DNA of 64,000 bases, taken from positions 4,669 to 68,668 of the forward strand of contig JAWKZM010000008.1 of assembly GCA_041395965.1 (NCBI GenBank), in the 5' to 3' direction. Under the pieces are notes generated by a model. That model was not told where the DNA came from, searched no databases, and worked only from the letters and a program-made list of their open reading frames with translations. Positions within the stretch are counted from its first letter, which is position 1. The number at the start of each line of letters is the position of its first letter. This document shows, piece after piece, positions 10,344-21,264 of this stretch. The position numbers and the translations under genes are program-made. The DNA is from Halioglobus sp. (GTDB lineage: Bacteria > Pseudomonadota > Gammaproteobacteria > Pseudomonadales > Halieaceae).

Positions 10344-11483
10344 ATGAAAATTGAGAGCTTGCTGCAACGGATAGTGAAGGAAGGTGCCTCCGACGGGTTC
10401 ATTACTGAGGGCGCTCCACCGAGCATCAAGGTCGACGGCCAGATTTATCCGATCAGCGACCAACCCCTGACCGAAGAGCAGGCCCGAGAGCTGGTTCTTT
10501 CTACCATGCGGCAGGACCAGCGGGACGACTTCGAGCGACATCACGAGTGCAATTACGCGGTCAGTTACGAGGAACTGGGGCGCTTTCGTGCCAGCGCCTT
10601 CATTCAGCGCGGCAAATGCGGACTCGTGGTGCGACGTATCCAGTCCCGCATTCCTTCGATCGATGAGCTGGGATTGCCGCCTATCATCAAGGACCTCGCT
10701 ATGACCAAGCGCGGCCTGGTGATATTCGTCGGCGCCACCGGTACGGGTAAATCGACCTCGCTGGCGGCCATGGTGGGCTATCGCAACCAGAACAGCCGCG
10801 GCCATATCATCAGTATCGAGGACCCTATCGAATATATCCACGAACACGCCGGGTGCATCGTAACCCAGCGCGAAGTGGGGATGGACACCGAGTCGTTCGA
10901 CGTGGCGCTGAAAAATACCCTGCGCCAGGCACCGGATGTCATCCTGATCGGTGAGGTGCGCGCCGCGGAAACCATGCAGCAGGCGCTGACCTTTGCCGAG
11001 ACCGGCCACCTCTGCCTGTGTACCTTGCACGCCAACAACGCCAACCAGGCGTTGGACCGCATCCAGAGCTTTTTCCCGGCAGAATTGCATAACCAGGTCT
11101 GGATGGACCTGTCCCTGAATCTCAAGTCCATGGTTGCCCAGCAATTACTGCCGCGCAGGGATGGCAAGGGGCGCACCCCGGTGGTCGAAGTCCTGCTTAA
11201 CTCACCCCTGGTGGCAGAGTATATCCGCAAGGGCGAGGTGCACCTGATCAAGGAGTTGATGGCCAAATCGACAGAGCTCGGTATGCAGACGCTCGACCAG
11301 TCGCTGGTCAAGGCCTACAAGGAAGACCTGATTTCCAAGGAAGACGCCATTCGCTTCGCTGATTCCGCAAACGATGTGCGACTGCAGATCAAGATGCACG
11401 ACCGGGGAGAACTGGGGACGGGGGACGGCCTGGGACTCGCATTCGAAGATCAGGATAAGGGCGGCCGTTTCCTGGGGCGATAA
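10344..11483 (+). CDS. pilU: Type IV pilus ATPase PilU
   Basis: GATGTGKST, LRQAPDVILIGE, TLHANNANQALDRI; follows pilT. Confidence 0.94.
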   Translation: MKIESLLQRIVKEGASDGFITEGAPPSIKVDGQIYPISDQPLTEEQARELVLSTMRQDQRDDFERHHECNYAVSYEELGRFRASAFIQRGKCGLVVRRIQSRIPSIDELGLPPIIKDLAMTKRGLVIFVGATGTGKSTSLAAMVGYRNQNSRGHIISIEDPIEYIHEHAGCIVTQREVGMDTESFDVALKNTLRQAPDVILIGEVRAAETMQQALTFAETGHLCLCTLHANNANQALDRIQSFFPAELHNQVWMDLSLNLKSMVAQQLLPRRDGKGRTPVVEVLLNSPLVAEYIRKGEVHLIKELMAKSTELGMQTLDQSLVKAYKEDLISKEDAIRFADSANDVRLQIKMHDRGELGTGDGLGLAFEDQDKGGRFLGR

Positions 11484-11490
11484 CAGGGGT

Positions 11491-11928
11491 CTAGGTCGAG
11501 CCCTCCGCGTTCTGCGCGAGCCATGTCTGCAGTATGAGCTCCGCGGCAAGGCTGTCCACCGGCTGGTTTTTGAAGTCACCCCGGTGACCCTGTTCGCGTG
11601 CAAGGGATTTCGCCGTATAGCTGCTGAGACGCTCATCCACCATCACTACTTCGAGTCCCAGACGTCCGTGCAGGCGCCGCGCGAACTTGCCTGCCCGCGC
11701 GCTAAGCTCGCTGGGGCTGCCGTCCATGTGCAGTGGGTCACCCACGACCAGCAGGTCAGGGGCCCACTCCCTGACCAGGTCCTCCACGGCGTGCCACTGC
11801 GGAACCCCATCCCTGGCTGCCAGAATGGGCAGGGCTACAGTGGTGCCCAGCAGGCAGTTCCCCATCGCCACGCCGATCTGGCGCAGGCCGAAATCGAACG
11901 CCATCACGGTGCGATGGCTTTTTTTCAT
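11491..11928 (-). CDS. ruvX: Pre-16S rRNA nuclease YqgF/RuvX
   Basis: MAFDFGLRQIGVA, VDERLSS, VDSLAAELIL. Confidence 0.94.
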   Translation of the reverse strand: MKKSHRTVMAFDFGLRQIGVAMGNCLLGTTVALPILAARDGVPQWHAVEDLVREWAPDLLVVGDPLHMDGSPSELSARAGKFARRLHGRLGLEVVMVDERLSSYTAKSLAREQGHRGDFKNQPVDSLAAELILQTWLAQNAEGST

Positions 11929-11954
11929 CGGCAGGTACCCATCCGGTCGTGTGA

Positions 11955-12543
11955 TCAGGCGTGACCCGCCTGGCCTGAAATGAGGTTCATATCGATTCCC
12001 AGCAGCGCTGCGGCGGCGCCGAGTCGCTGCTCTACGGGTGTGGCGAAGATTATTTCGCTGTTCCCCGGCAGGGTCAGCCAGCTGTTTTCTGCCAACTCCT
12101 GCTCCAGCTGGCCGGCGGCCCAGCCAGCATAGCCCAGTGCAATCAGGTGATCTCGCGGTCCATCGCCGTTTGCGATCGATCGCAGGATATCGCGGGAAGT
12201 GGTCAGGGTAATCTCGGGGTAACTTTCAGGCTGGCCTCCAGGTCTTATCGCAATAGCGGTGCAAGACGAACCCGTGATCCACTTGCACCGGGCCGCCCGC
12301 CAGCACCGGTTCGCCAGAGAAGTCGTGTCGAGGATTGATTTGCAGGTGCTCAAATATTTCCTTGACCGACAGGTCAAGTGGGCGATTGATAACGATACCC
12401 ATGGCGCCGCTCTCACCGTGCTCGCAGATATAAGTGATGCTTTGCGAAAAAATACCTTCCGTCAGGCATGGCATGGCCAACAGGAAATGATCCCGCAGGC
12501 AATCGCCACTTCGGGCAGTGTTTACAGAGTGCGTTAGTGACAT
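11955..12543 (-). CDS. yqgE: YqgE/AlgH family protein, frameshifted
   Basis: HFLLAMP, YICEHGESGAMGIVINRP, GGPV, then LGYAGWAAGQLEQELAENSWL in a second frame. Confidence 0.92.
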
Positions 12544-12601
12544 GAAACTGCTGGCCCCATCGTTGCGGCAATATAACAAGGGTATACGCGGTTGCTGATG
12601 C

Positions 12602-13468
12602 CTAAGGTGAGCTTAGCTCGTTTTCCTGAAAATGCCACGTGCGAACAATTTCGAGCTTGTCCGTGGTGGCTGCGAGTTCCGGTGGAAATGGTGCGAAAGG
12701 TGCCGCCATGCGCACGATTTTGATCGCGGCCTCATCCAGAACCGCATATCCGGAAGAAGAGAGTACTTGTATGTCCTCAAGGCTGCCGTCCTGGCGTATC
12801 ACCACGAGCATGCGAAGATCGCCATAAATGCCATAGCGGATTGATGCCTGGGGGTAATACTGGTTACCTACGGCTTCAAGTCGACGGCGCCAGTCCAGCA
12901 AGTAGGCGGCATCCACGGACTGTTTCGCGGAGGCAGCGGTGAGACGCCGCACCCGCGGCTGCCGGGCGTGGGCCCTGGTTTTCTCGTCCAGCTCCGCCTG
13001 CAGGCTGGCTAGCTTCCGGCTTATCAGGTCGACCTCGGGGTTGATTCCCTCGGCGACAAGCCTCTGGCGCTCAGCTTGTGTGTCGTCCCGACTGGCAATG
13101 CGACTGGCGGTGGCGGTCGTAGTTACGACATCGCGATGCTGCGTGGTTTGCTCCCGGGGCGCCGGCATAAGGAATTGTTGCTTGGAGGGAGTACTGGATT
13201 GGACCCTGTCGCGACTGCTTATCTGGTTGATGTCGGATTCGTCGCCGCTGCCGAGCTGGTTGGCCTGCGCCAGGTTTTGCGCATCATCGGGTGCGGTGGC
13301 GTTGGGGCGGCTCGCAAGGGTTACCTCAATCTGTGGTGTTGTATACGGTTTCTTGCGGTCGGCACTAAAGGAAATACTCAAAACCAGGGCCGCGTGCACC
13401 GCCAACGCGAGCAGAACTGCATTTCTGAAGCGGGCCTGCTTCGCGTTTCCTGTTTCCAGGTAGTACAT
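12602..13468 (-). CDS. Energy transducer TonB (Pseudomonas TonB3-like by position)
   Basis: N-terminal TM with His (LAVHAALV), C-terminal TonB domain (SSGYAVLDEAAIKIVRMAAPF); between gshB and algH as in Pseudomonas. Confidence 0.85.
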   Translation of the reverse strand: MYYLETGNAKQARFRNAVLLALAVHAALVLSISFSADRKKPYTTPQIEVTLASRPNATAPDDAQNLAQANQLGSGDESDINQISSRDRVQSSTPSKQQFLMPAPREQTTQHRDVVTTTATASRIASRDDTQAERQRLVAEGINPEVDLISRKLASLQAELDEKTRAHARQPRVRRLTAASAKQSVDAAYLLDWRRRLEAVGNQYYPQASIRYGIYGDLRMLVVIRQDGSLEDIQVLSSSGYAVLDEAAIKIVRMAAPFAPFPPELAATTDKLEIVRTWHFQENELSSP

Positions 13469-13475
13469 GGACGGA

Positions 13476-14432
13476 CTAACGCCTTTTGTTCAACTCCTCG
13501 CCGATACAATCCATTAATTGTCCACCAATGTCCAGATCGTAGGCGGCATCGATTTCCCTGATACAAGTGGGGCTGGTGACGTTCACTTCGGTGAGGTAGT
13601 CGCCGATGACGTCAATGCCGACAAACAGCAGGCCTTTCTCGCGGAGGCTCGGTCCAACCTGCGCGGCGATCCACTGATCCCGCTCCGACAGTGGTTGCGG
13701 TCGCCCACTGCCACCGGCGGCCAGATTACCGCGTGTTTCCCCTACAAGTGGCACGCGCGCCAGACAGTAGGGTACCGGCTCTCCCCGGATCATCAGGATT
13801 CGCTTGTCGCCCGCCTCTATCTGGGGAATAAACTTTTGGCCCATGATGGTCTGGCGACCGTGGCGTGTCAGCATTTCCAATATGACGCTGACATTGGGGT
13901 CACCCGTCCTGACCCTGAAAATGGCCGTGCCACCCATGCCATCCAGGGGCTTGAAGATCACGTCGCCATGCTCCCTGTGAAAATCCCTGAGGCGCCGCAT
14001 GTCGGCGCTGACGAGCACCGGTGGGCAGCACTGGGGGAACTGTGTCGCGAATACCTTTTCGTTGCAGTCGCGCAGGCTCTGGCAGCGGTTCACCACCAGT
14101 GTCCCCTGTCGCTCGGCCGCTTCGAGTATATAGGTACTGTAAATGTATTCGTTGTCGAAGGGTGGGTCCTTGCGCATCAGGATCACATCCAGCTCGCTGA
14201 GGTCCTGGTCCCGGTGATCCTGCAGGCTGAACCATCGTTCAGGGTCGTGGAATACGGTGAGGGGCGCCATGCGCGCGCGCGCACTGCCCTGCTCGAGATA
14301 CAGGTCGGGCTGCTCGATGTAAAACAACTGCCAGCCGCGCGCCTGGGCAGCCCACAGCATAGCCAAGGTGGAATCTTTCTTGTAGTTGATATCGGCGATG
14401 GGATCCATCACCACACCCAGCTTGACCGCCAT
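13476..14432 (-). CDS. gshB: Glutathione synthetase
   Basis: VVMDPIADINYKKDSTLAM, LMRKDPPFD, KPLDGMGG, TRGNLAAGG, EVNVTSPTC. Confidence 0.97.
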   Translation of the reverse strand: MAVKLGVVMDPIADINYKKDSTLAMLWAAQARGWQLFYIEQPDLYLEQGSARARMAPLTVFHDPERWFSLQDHRDQDLSELDVILMRKDPPFDNEYIYSTYILEAAERQGTLVVNRCQSLRDCNEKVFATQFPQCCPPVLVSADMRRLRDFHREHGDVIFKPLDGMGGTAIFRVRTGDPNVSVILEMLTRHGRQTIMGQKFIPQIEAGDKRILMIRGEPVPYCLARVPLVGETRGNLAAGGSGRPQPLSERDQWIAAQVGPSLREKGLLFVGIDVIGDYLTEVNVTSPTCIREIDAAYDLDIGGQLMDCIGEELNKRR

Positions 14433-14580
14433 TGTGTCGCGTCTCGTACCCTGAGGGCCTGCTAACTTACGCAAACGCGGTGCCCGGTGCAAGTGCGGCG
14501 GCTGTCACAGCAGTGTCACACCGGCTTGGAATTGCCTTAGAATGACACCGTGCAACAATTTTCCAACCCAGGAGAGTGAC

Positions 14581-15853
14581 GTGAGTGTGGCAGGCATCTA
14601 CTTTTTTCTGGCGCTGCTGAGCGCTTACTGTACTTTATCCGCGATCGTGCAGGCGCGACGGCTCTATTGGCTCGTGCCCGTCTACTTCCTCAGTGCCTGG
14701 CTGTGCGGCGAGTTGGCCGTGATCCATCTGCTCTGGCAGGTGGCACTGACTGCCCTGCTGGCGTTCACCGGCGTTTTTTCTGACCCCTTGGCCCAGTCCG
14801 GGCTGGGTATCTTCGCCCTGTCCTGGCTGGGTCTGGTCTACCTGCACTGCCAGGCACTGGACACCCCCAATCACCTGCGTCCCGCCCTGCGCCGCGCCCT
14901 CGGAGAGGATTACAGGGCGGATATACCTGCCGAACGGCAGCACGTGCTCTGCGACGACATACTCACTCGTCACTGGATAAGGCCATTCAAATTTGAGCGT
15001 GACGGCGTGCGGTTGCACAGCCACATTGCTTACTCCGACGGGGCAAGCGCAACCTGCTGGATATCTACCATCCGCATGAGCCGCGGGACGGTGGCTTTCC
15101 GGTACTGCTGCAGGTGCACGGTGGCGCTTGGATTATCGGCGAAAAGGAACAGCAGGCCAAGCCACTGATGTATCACCTGGCACAGCGCGGTTGGCTGTGT
15201 GTGGCGATTAACTACCGGCTCAGCCCAAAGGCCGCATTTCCGGCCCACATTATCGATGTCAAAAAAGCGATCGCCTGGATCAGGGCGCACATCAGGGATT
15301 ATGGCGGTAACCCGGATTTCATCGCCATTACCGGCGGCTCGGCTGGCGGCCACCTCAGTTCACTGGCGGCTTTGACCCCAATCGCGCCGAGTGGCAGCCC
15401 GGCTTTGAGGACGCCGATACCACGTTACAGGCCGCGGTGCCATTCTATGGTGTATATGATTTCCTCGACCGCCACAGTATTCGCCCGGAGATGTCGATGG
15501 ATGAATTGCTCGCCGATCGGGTGATGCAGTGTTCAAAAAAGGACAATGCCGAGCTGTGGGATACCGGATCACCACTGAGCCACGTCAATGCAGATGCGCC
15601 GCCCATGTTTGTGATTCAGGGCACGCACGATTCACTGGTGTGGGTGGAGGAAGCGCGCGCCTTCGTTTCGGCCCTGCAGGCCGTGTCCAGGGAACCCGTT
15701 GCCTACGCGGAACTGCCGGGGGCGCAGCACGCATTCGAGATATTCCACTCGGTGCGCACGGATCATACCGTGCATGCGGTGGGCCACTTTCTGGAGTGGA
15801 CGCATGCCCGGTGGGAACGTGGGCGTCACTCCGGCGACATGTCCCCCCAGTAA
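14581..15853 (+). CDS. Membrane-anchored alpha/beta hydrolase (HSL-like esterase/lipase), two frameshifts
   Basis: Hydrophobic N-terminus; HGGAW oxyanion motif, GGSAGG nucleophile, GTHDSLV Asp, ELPGAQHAFE His spread over three ORF pieces. Confidence 0.85.
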
Positions 15854-16560
15854 GCCTGCAGAATAGCGATGGCAGCCAGGGGGGCGGTTTCGGTACGCAG
15901 CACACGCGGCCCGAGTCGCAGGGAGGAATAACCGGCCTGTTCCGCGCTCGCGATTTCACGCTCGCTCAAGCCGCCTTCGGGACCGACCAGTAGCGCGATA
16001 CTGGCTGGAGCGGCATTAGCCCGGGGAACGCCAGGAGCCCTGTGGTGCAATACATACTTGCGCTCTGCCGCGGTCGAGTGCAGCCAGGCCTCGAGAGTCT
16101 GCAGGTCGTGAATGTCCGGCAGGCGATTGCGGCCGCATTGCTCGCATGCGCTGATGGCGATTTTGCGCCAGTGTGCCAGTTTCTTCCCGGCCCTCTCGCC
16201 GGCCAGTCTCACTCCGCCGTGTTCTGTGTACAGCGGGGTGAGGGAACTGACGCCTAATTCTGTCGACTTCTGTACGATCCAATCCATGCGTTCACCGCGG
16301 GAGATGGCGATGCCGAGGTGGAGATTCAGGAGCGATTCGCGTTCAGCCCGCAGGTGCGTGCCCGTTCTCGCATGAACACAGGATTTGTCTATTGCGGTGA
16401 TTTCAGCGGGATATTCGCCGGCACCGCCATTGAACAATGTCAGCCGATCACCCACGCCCAGACGCAGCACCCGGGCCAAATGCCGACTGGGTTCGCTTTC
16501 CAGGGTCACGACTGTGTCGCTGTGCAGGGCCTGGTCGGTGTAAATACGTGTAATACGCAT
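15826..16560 (-). CDS. rsmE: 16S rRNA m3U1498 methyltransferase
   Basis: HLARVLRL, QKSTELGV, ACEQCGR, VGPEGG, LGPRVLRTETA. Confidence 0.96.
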   Translation of the reverse strand: MRITRIYTDQALHSDTVVTLESEPSRHLARVLRLGVGDRLTLFNGGAGEYPAEITAIDKSCVHARTGTHLRAERESLLNLHLGIAISRGERMDWIVQKSTELGVSSLTPLYTEHGGVRLAGERAGKKLAHWRKIAISACEQCGRNRLPDIHDLQTLEAWLHSTAAERKYVLHHRAPGVPRANAAPASIALLVGPEGGLSEREIASAEQAGYSSLRLGPRVLRTETAPLAAIAILQAYWGDMSPE

Positions 16561-16579
16561 GGGCGCCGTGACCCCGGGA

Positions 16580-17419
16580 TTACAGCCCCAGGTTGGTAAA
16601 GATTTCCCGCGTGGGCTCAATCTGGTTCATGGTGTAGAAATGAATCCCGGGGGCACCGCTGTCGAGCAGCGTCTGGCACAGCTGGGTAACGACCTCGGTG
16701 CCGAACTTGACAATGCTCTCCTGGTCGTCGCCATAGGCCTCCATGCGTTGGCATATCCAGCGCGGAATTTCAGCGCCACAGTTGCGAGAGAAGCGCTGCA
16801 GGTTGGTGAAATTGGTGATCGGCATGATGCCAGCGTAAATGGGCTTGTCGATTCCGATCGACGCGCACTGGTCCAGAAAATAGAAATAGGCCTCCACGTT
16901 GAAAAAATACTGTGTGATGGCGCTGTTGGCCCCGGCATCGAACTTCGCTTTCAGGAAGCGGATGTCGCTGTCATAACTCTTCGCCTCCGGATGAATTTCC
17001 GGATAGGCGGCTACCTCGATGCGGAAATGCTCTCCGGTGCGCTCGCGAATGAAGGCCACCAACTGGTTGGCATATACCAATTGGGCGGCACCACCTGTGC
17101 CCGAGGGGATATCGCCGCGCAGGGCGACCAGACGATTGATGCCCTTGCCCTGGTAGCTTGTGAGCAGGGCGGCAACGGCATCCTCGTCGTCGCCGCCAAA
17201 GCTCAGGTGGGGGGCCACATCGATGCCCGCCTCCCGGATAGCCGACACCACCCCAAGGGTAGTATCGCGGGTACTGCCGCCCGCGCCGTAGGTCACGGAG
17301 AAAAACTCCGGACCCAAAGCGTTGAGAGCCGGAGTCACCTCATTCAGCAACTTGCTGGTTCCCGCTTCCGTCTTGGGCGGGAAAAACTCGCAGCTGATGC
17401 GCGGTTTGCGCGCTGCCAT
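16580..17419 (-). CDS. metF: 5,10-methylenetetrahydrofolate reductase
   Basis: EFFPPKT, SVTYGAGGSTR, ALRGD, AYPEIHP, ITQYFF, HFYTMN. Confidence 0.97.
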   Translation of the reverse strand: MAARKPRISCEFFPPKTEAGTSKLLNEVTPALNALGPEFFSVTYGAGGSTRDTTLGVVSAIREAGIDVAPHLSFGGDDEDAVAALLTSYQGKGINRLVALRGDIPSGTGGAAQLVYANQLVAFIRERTGEHFRIEVAAYPEIHPEAKSYDSDIRFLKAKFDAGANSAITQYFFNVEAYFYFLDQCASIGIDKPIYAGIMPITNFTNLQRFSRNCGAEIPRWICQRMEAYGDDQESIVKFGTEVVTQLCQTLLDSGAPGIHFYTMNQIEPTREIFTNLGL

Positions 17420-17432
17420 TGTCGATGGCGCC

Positions 17433-18824
17433 CTAGTACTTGTAGCTGTCGGGTTTATAGGGCCCGTCCGGATTGACCTTGATGTAATCGGCCTGCTCCG
17501 GTGTCAGTCGGGTCAGCACCGCGCCGAAACCACCGATCATGTGGGCAGCGACTTCCTCATCCAGTTTCTTGGGCAGGACCTCCACCGCCAGCGCCGCGGG
17601 CTTCATCTCCGGTTCGAGGTTGGCGAACTTGCGCTCGTACAGATAGATCTGTGCGAGTACCTGGTTGGAGAAGGAGCCGTCCATGATGCGGGAGGGGTGG
17701 CCGGTGGCATTGCCGAGATTCACCAGGCGGCCTTCGGAAAGCAGGATGAGGTAATCATTGGCGGCCTGGTCCCGGTACACCTTGTGGACTTGCGGCTTGA
17801 CCTCTTCCCATTCCCAGTTACGGCGCATGAAGGCAGTGTCAATCTCGTTGTCGAAGTGCCCGATGTTACAGACCACGGCACCCTTTTTGAGGGCCTTGAG
17901 CATGTTCGAGTCACACACCTGGTAGTTGCCGGTGGCGGTCACCACCAGATCAGTCGTGGACAGCAGGTCGCGGTTGATACACGCCTCGCTGCCGTCGTTG
18001 ACGCCGTTTTTAAACGCAGAAACGACCTCGTACCCGTCCATACAAGCCTGCATGGCGCAGATGGGGTCGACCTCGGTTACCTTCACGATCATACCTTCCT
18101 GGCGCAGGGACTGGGCTGAACCCTTGCCCACATCGCCGTAGCCAATGACCAGCGCCTTCTTGCCGGAGAGCAGGTGATCCGTGCCGCGCTTGATGGCATC
18201 GCTGAGACTGTGGCGACAGCCGTATTTGTTGTCGTTCTTGGACTTGGTTACAGAATCGTTGACGTTGATGGCCGGTACTTTCAGCTTCCCGTGCTCCAGC
18301 ATCTCCTGCAGGCGGTGCACACCGGTGGTGGTCTCCTCGGTAATGCCGTGGATCTTGTCCAGCATGGCAGGGTATTTGTCGTGCAGCATCGCGGTCAGAT
18401 CACCGCCGTCGTCCAGCACCATGTTCGCATCCCAGGGCGTGCCGTCCTTGAGTATGGTCTGCTCGAGGCACCAGTCGTACTCTTCCTCGGTCTCGCCCTT
18501 CCAGGCGTAGACGGGAATGCCCGCGGCGGCGATTGCGGCCGCAGCGTGATCCTGGGTGGAGAAGATGTTGCAGGACGACCAGCGCACTTCTGCGCCAAGC
18601 TGCACCAGGGTCTCGATGAGTACGCCGGTCTGGATCGTCATGTGGATGCAGCCGAGGATCTTCGCCCCGGCCAGGGGCTGGCTGGCGGCATACTTGGCGC
18701 GCATCGCCATCAATGCCGGCATTTCGCTCTCCGCGATTTCCAGTTCACGACGGCCCCACTGGGCCAGTGAGATATCGGCAACCTTGTAATCTTCCTTTTT
18801 CTGCAATTTTTCTGCTGTGCTCAT
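17433..18824 (-). CDS. ahcY: Adenosylhomocysteinase
   Basis: [46 protein letters not shown]. Confidence 0.98.
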   Translation of the reverse strand: MSTAEKLQKKEDYKVADISLAQWGRRELEIAESEMPALMAMRAKYAASQPLAGAKILGCIHMTIQTGVLIETLVQLGAEVRWSSCNIFSTQDHAAAAIAAAGIPVYAWKGETEEEYDWCLEQTILKDGTPWDANMVLDDGGDLTAMLHDKYPAMLDKIHGITEETTTGVHRLQEMLEHGKLKVPAINVNDSVTKSKNDNKYGCRHSLSDAIKRGTDHLLSGKKALVIGYGDVGKGSAQSLRQEGMIVKVTEVDPICAMQACMDGYEVVSAFKNGVNDGSEACINRDLLSTTDLVVTATGNYQVCDSNMLKALKKGAVVCNIGHFDNEIDTAFMRRNWEWEEVKPQVHKVYRDQAANDYLILLSEGRLVNLGNATGHPSRIMDGSFSNQVLAQIYLYERKFANLEPEMKPAALAVEVLPKKLDEEVAAHMIGGFGAVLTRLTPEQADYIKVNPDGPYKPDSYKY

Positions 18825-18886
18825 GTGCAAATTCCTCTGGGTCCTCTTGGACCGTTTGTGGCAAATGGATTGTGTTGATATCCCGG

Positions 18887-20040
18887 CTATCGCGCCTTTT
18901 TCAGCACCTTGGCCTTATCGGTTTTCTCCCAGGTAAAATCCTTGTCTTCGCGCCCGAAGTGCCCGTAAGCGGCGGTCTTGCGGTAGATGGGGCGTTTCAG
19001 GTTCAGCATGGCAATCAGGCCCTTGGGGCGCAGGTCGAAATGTTCGCGTACCAACTCGGCGATGCGATCATCTGAAAGTCGACCGGTACCAAACGTATCG
19101 ATGGAGATCGAGGTCGGCTCAGCCACGCCAATGGCATAGGAAACCTGGATTTCGCAGCGGTCTGCGAGGCCGGCAGCCACGATGTTCTTGGCCACGTAAC
19201 GACCCGCGTAGGCCGCCGAGCGGTCCACCTTGGAGGGTCCTTGCCGGAAAACGCACCGCCGCCGTGCCTGGCCATGCCGCCGTAGGTGTCCACGATGATC
19301 TTCCGGCCGGTCAGCCCACAGTCGCCCACGGGGCCGCCGATAATAAACTGGCCCGTGGGATTAATGTGGTACTTGGTGCCCTTGTGCAGCCACTCTTCGG
19401 GCAGTACATCCTTGATCACATGCTTCAGGATTTGCTTGTGAATTTCTTTCTGGCTCACGTCCTCGTCGTGCTGGGTGGACAGCACCACCGCTTCGACCGC
19501 GACCGGCTTACCATTATGGTAGCGCAGCGTCACCTGGCTCTTGGCATCGGGGCGCAGCCAGGAGAGCGTGCCGTCCTTGCGCAGTTGCGCCTGGCGTTCG
19601 ACCAGACGATGCGAGTAGTAGATGGGCGCCGGCATCAGCACGTCGGTTTCGTTGGTGGCGTAGCCGAACATCAGCCCCTGGTCGCCAGCGCCCTGTTCGT
19701 GGTCCTTGCTCTCATCCACGCCCATGGCAATGTCCGGTGATTGCTTGCCGATGGCATTAAGTACGGCACAGGAGGCGCCGTCAAAACCCACTTTCGAGCT
19801 GTTGTAGCCAATATCGAGAATGGTCTTGCGGATAGTTTCCTCGAGGTCCATATGGGCAGTAGTGGTGACTTCGCCTGCCACCACGGTCATACCCGTTTTT
19901 ACCAGCGTCTCCACCGCCACGCGCGCGTTCTTGTCCCGCGTCAACAGGTAGTCCAGAACCGCATCGGAGATCTGGTCGGCCATTTTATCCGGGTGTCCTT
20001 CGGACACGGATTCGGAGGTGAAAATTTTGTATTCGCTCAT
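18887..20040 (-). CDS. metK: S-adenosylmethionine synthetase, frameshift near 19235
   Basis: [40 protein letters not shown]|[15 protein letters not shown]. Confidence 0.97.
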
Positions 20041-20066
20041 AGCTTTATCCTTAATGCCAATAATGA

Positions 20067-21077
20067 TCAGGGGCGGCCAAAGAGCCGCACCTGTACTTGA
20101 AAACCGTTGCGTTGCGCCAGGTAAACACCGGCAATTTCAGCCAGTCCCGCCTCTGCTGCCCAGCCAGCCAGTTCGCGGGGGTCAAAGCCCAGCCACAGAT
20201 CACCGCAATTTTCCCGTGCCCAGCCCTGGTCGTGTTTGCACAGGTCGGTAACCAGCACCACGCCACCCGGCGCCAGGCATGCCGCCACGTCGTGCAGGAC
20301 GTCGCCCGGCGCCGGCGTGTGGTGCAACACCATATTGATAACCACGCAATCAGCCTGCAGGTCGTGCAACCGGGGGCTGCGGGTATCGTCGAGAATGAAG
20401 TCGATGTTGGTTAATCCGTTTGCCGCCGACTTGTGCCTGGCCTGTTCCAGCATGCCCGGTGCATTGTCCAGCGCCACTACGCGCGCAAACAGCGGTGCCA
20501 GTTCCAGCAGGAAAGAACCATCGCCCGGACCCACTTCCAGCGCTGTCTGGCGCCGCTCCAGCGGCGCGTCCGCCAGTACCTGCGCCACGACATCCGCGTA
20601 CTGCGTATAACTGGCGATGAGGTCCTGCTGCTGGTGAAACTTGTGGGCGTTGAGCCGGAAAAAATTACTGGAGTTCTCCTCGCGCTGCCGGTGCAGCGCC
20701 GCCAGTCTCTCCCGGATGTCTGCGGGCAGGTCGATCGCGTCGACCGCCGCAAAGATACTGTGTTGCAAGGCTTCCAGGTCGGGATGTTGCCCCAGCTCGC
20801 TGCGCCGATAAAAAATGGAGTTGCCCTCTCGCCGCGCCGCAACGAGGCCGGCACCGGCCAGTACCTTGAGGTGGTGACTGAGGGCCGGTTGGCGAATGTC
20901 AAAAATGGAACACAGCTCAGACACGCCAAAGGAGTCGCTGCGCAACACCCGCAGGACCTGCAGGCGCAGGGTATCTGCGCTGGCCTTGCACAGGTTGGTG
21001 AGGGCCGCCAGTCGGAGGTCTGGCGGCACCGGGTGCGGCATTTTGGTCACCAGAACTGCGGTGTTGGAAGAGGACAT
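20067..21077 (-). CDS. sahR: ArsR-family HTH fused to a SAM-binding methyltransferase-like domain (SahR-type regulator)
   Basis: ArsR HTH ([17 protein letters not shown]...REGNSIFY) plus LEVGPGDG and NMVLHH; heads the metK-ahcY-metF operon. Confidence 0.85.
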   Translation of the reverse strand: MSSSNTAVLVTKMPHPVPPDLRLAALTNLCKASADTLRLQVLRVLRSDSFGVSELCSIFDIRQPALSHHLKVLAGAGLVAARREGNSIFYRRSELGQHPDLEALQHSIFAAVDAIDLPADIRERLAALHRQREENSSNFFRLNAHKFHQQQDLIASYTQYADVVAQVLADAPLERRQTALEVGPGDGSFLLELAPLFARVVALDNAPGMLEQARHKSAANGLTNIDFILDDTRSPRLHDLQADCVVINMVLHHTPAPGDVLHDVAACLAPGGVVLVTDLCKHDQGWARENCGDLWLGFDPRELAGWAAEAGLAEIAGVYLAQRNGFQVQVRLFGRP

Positions 21078-21085
21078 GGGGGGTG

Positions 21086-21114
21086 AGTCTAGCAGGCTCT
21101 GAAACCTATATCAA
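21086..21114 (-). promoter_or_regulatory. sigma70 promoter of the sahR-metK operon
   Basis: Minus strand TTGATA (21114-21109), 17 nt, TAGACT (21091-21086) with extended -10 TG. Confidence 0.7.
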
Positions 21115-21130
21115 AATATTTTGATATAGG
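21105..21130. promoter_or_regulatory. SahR-type operator, perfect 26-bp palindrome
   Basis: CCTATATCAAAATATTTTGATATAGG is its own reverse complement; ATATCAA...TTGATAT core resembles described SahR sites; overlaps the -35. Confidence 0.85.
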
Positions 21131-21264
21131 TGTGTGAAGGCGGTCACAACCGCAAATTGGCGGGGCGCGGTTCGAATTTGAGCCTATTTGTTTGCCGTTC
21201 GCGCCCGCTTACGCGAAAATGGCGCCCCGTTTCAGGTCAGCCCATCCAGCCCCCGGAGAACACG

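Noticed and set aside
18825-18886. Possible SAH riboswitch or second SahR site before ahcY
   Set aside because: The gap is only 62 bp with a single TTGATAT half-site and no recognisable aptamer.
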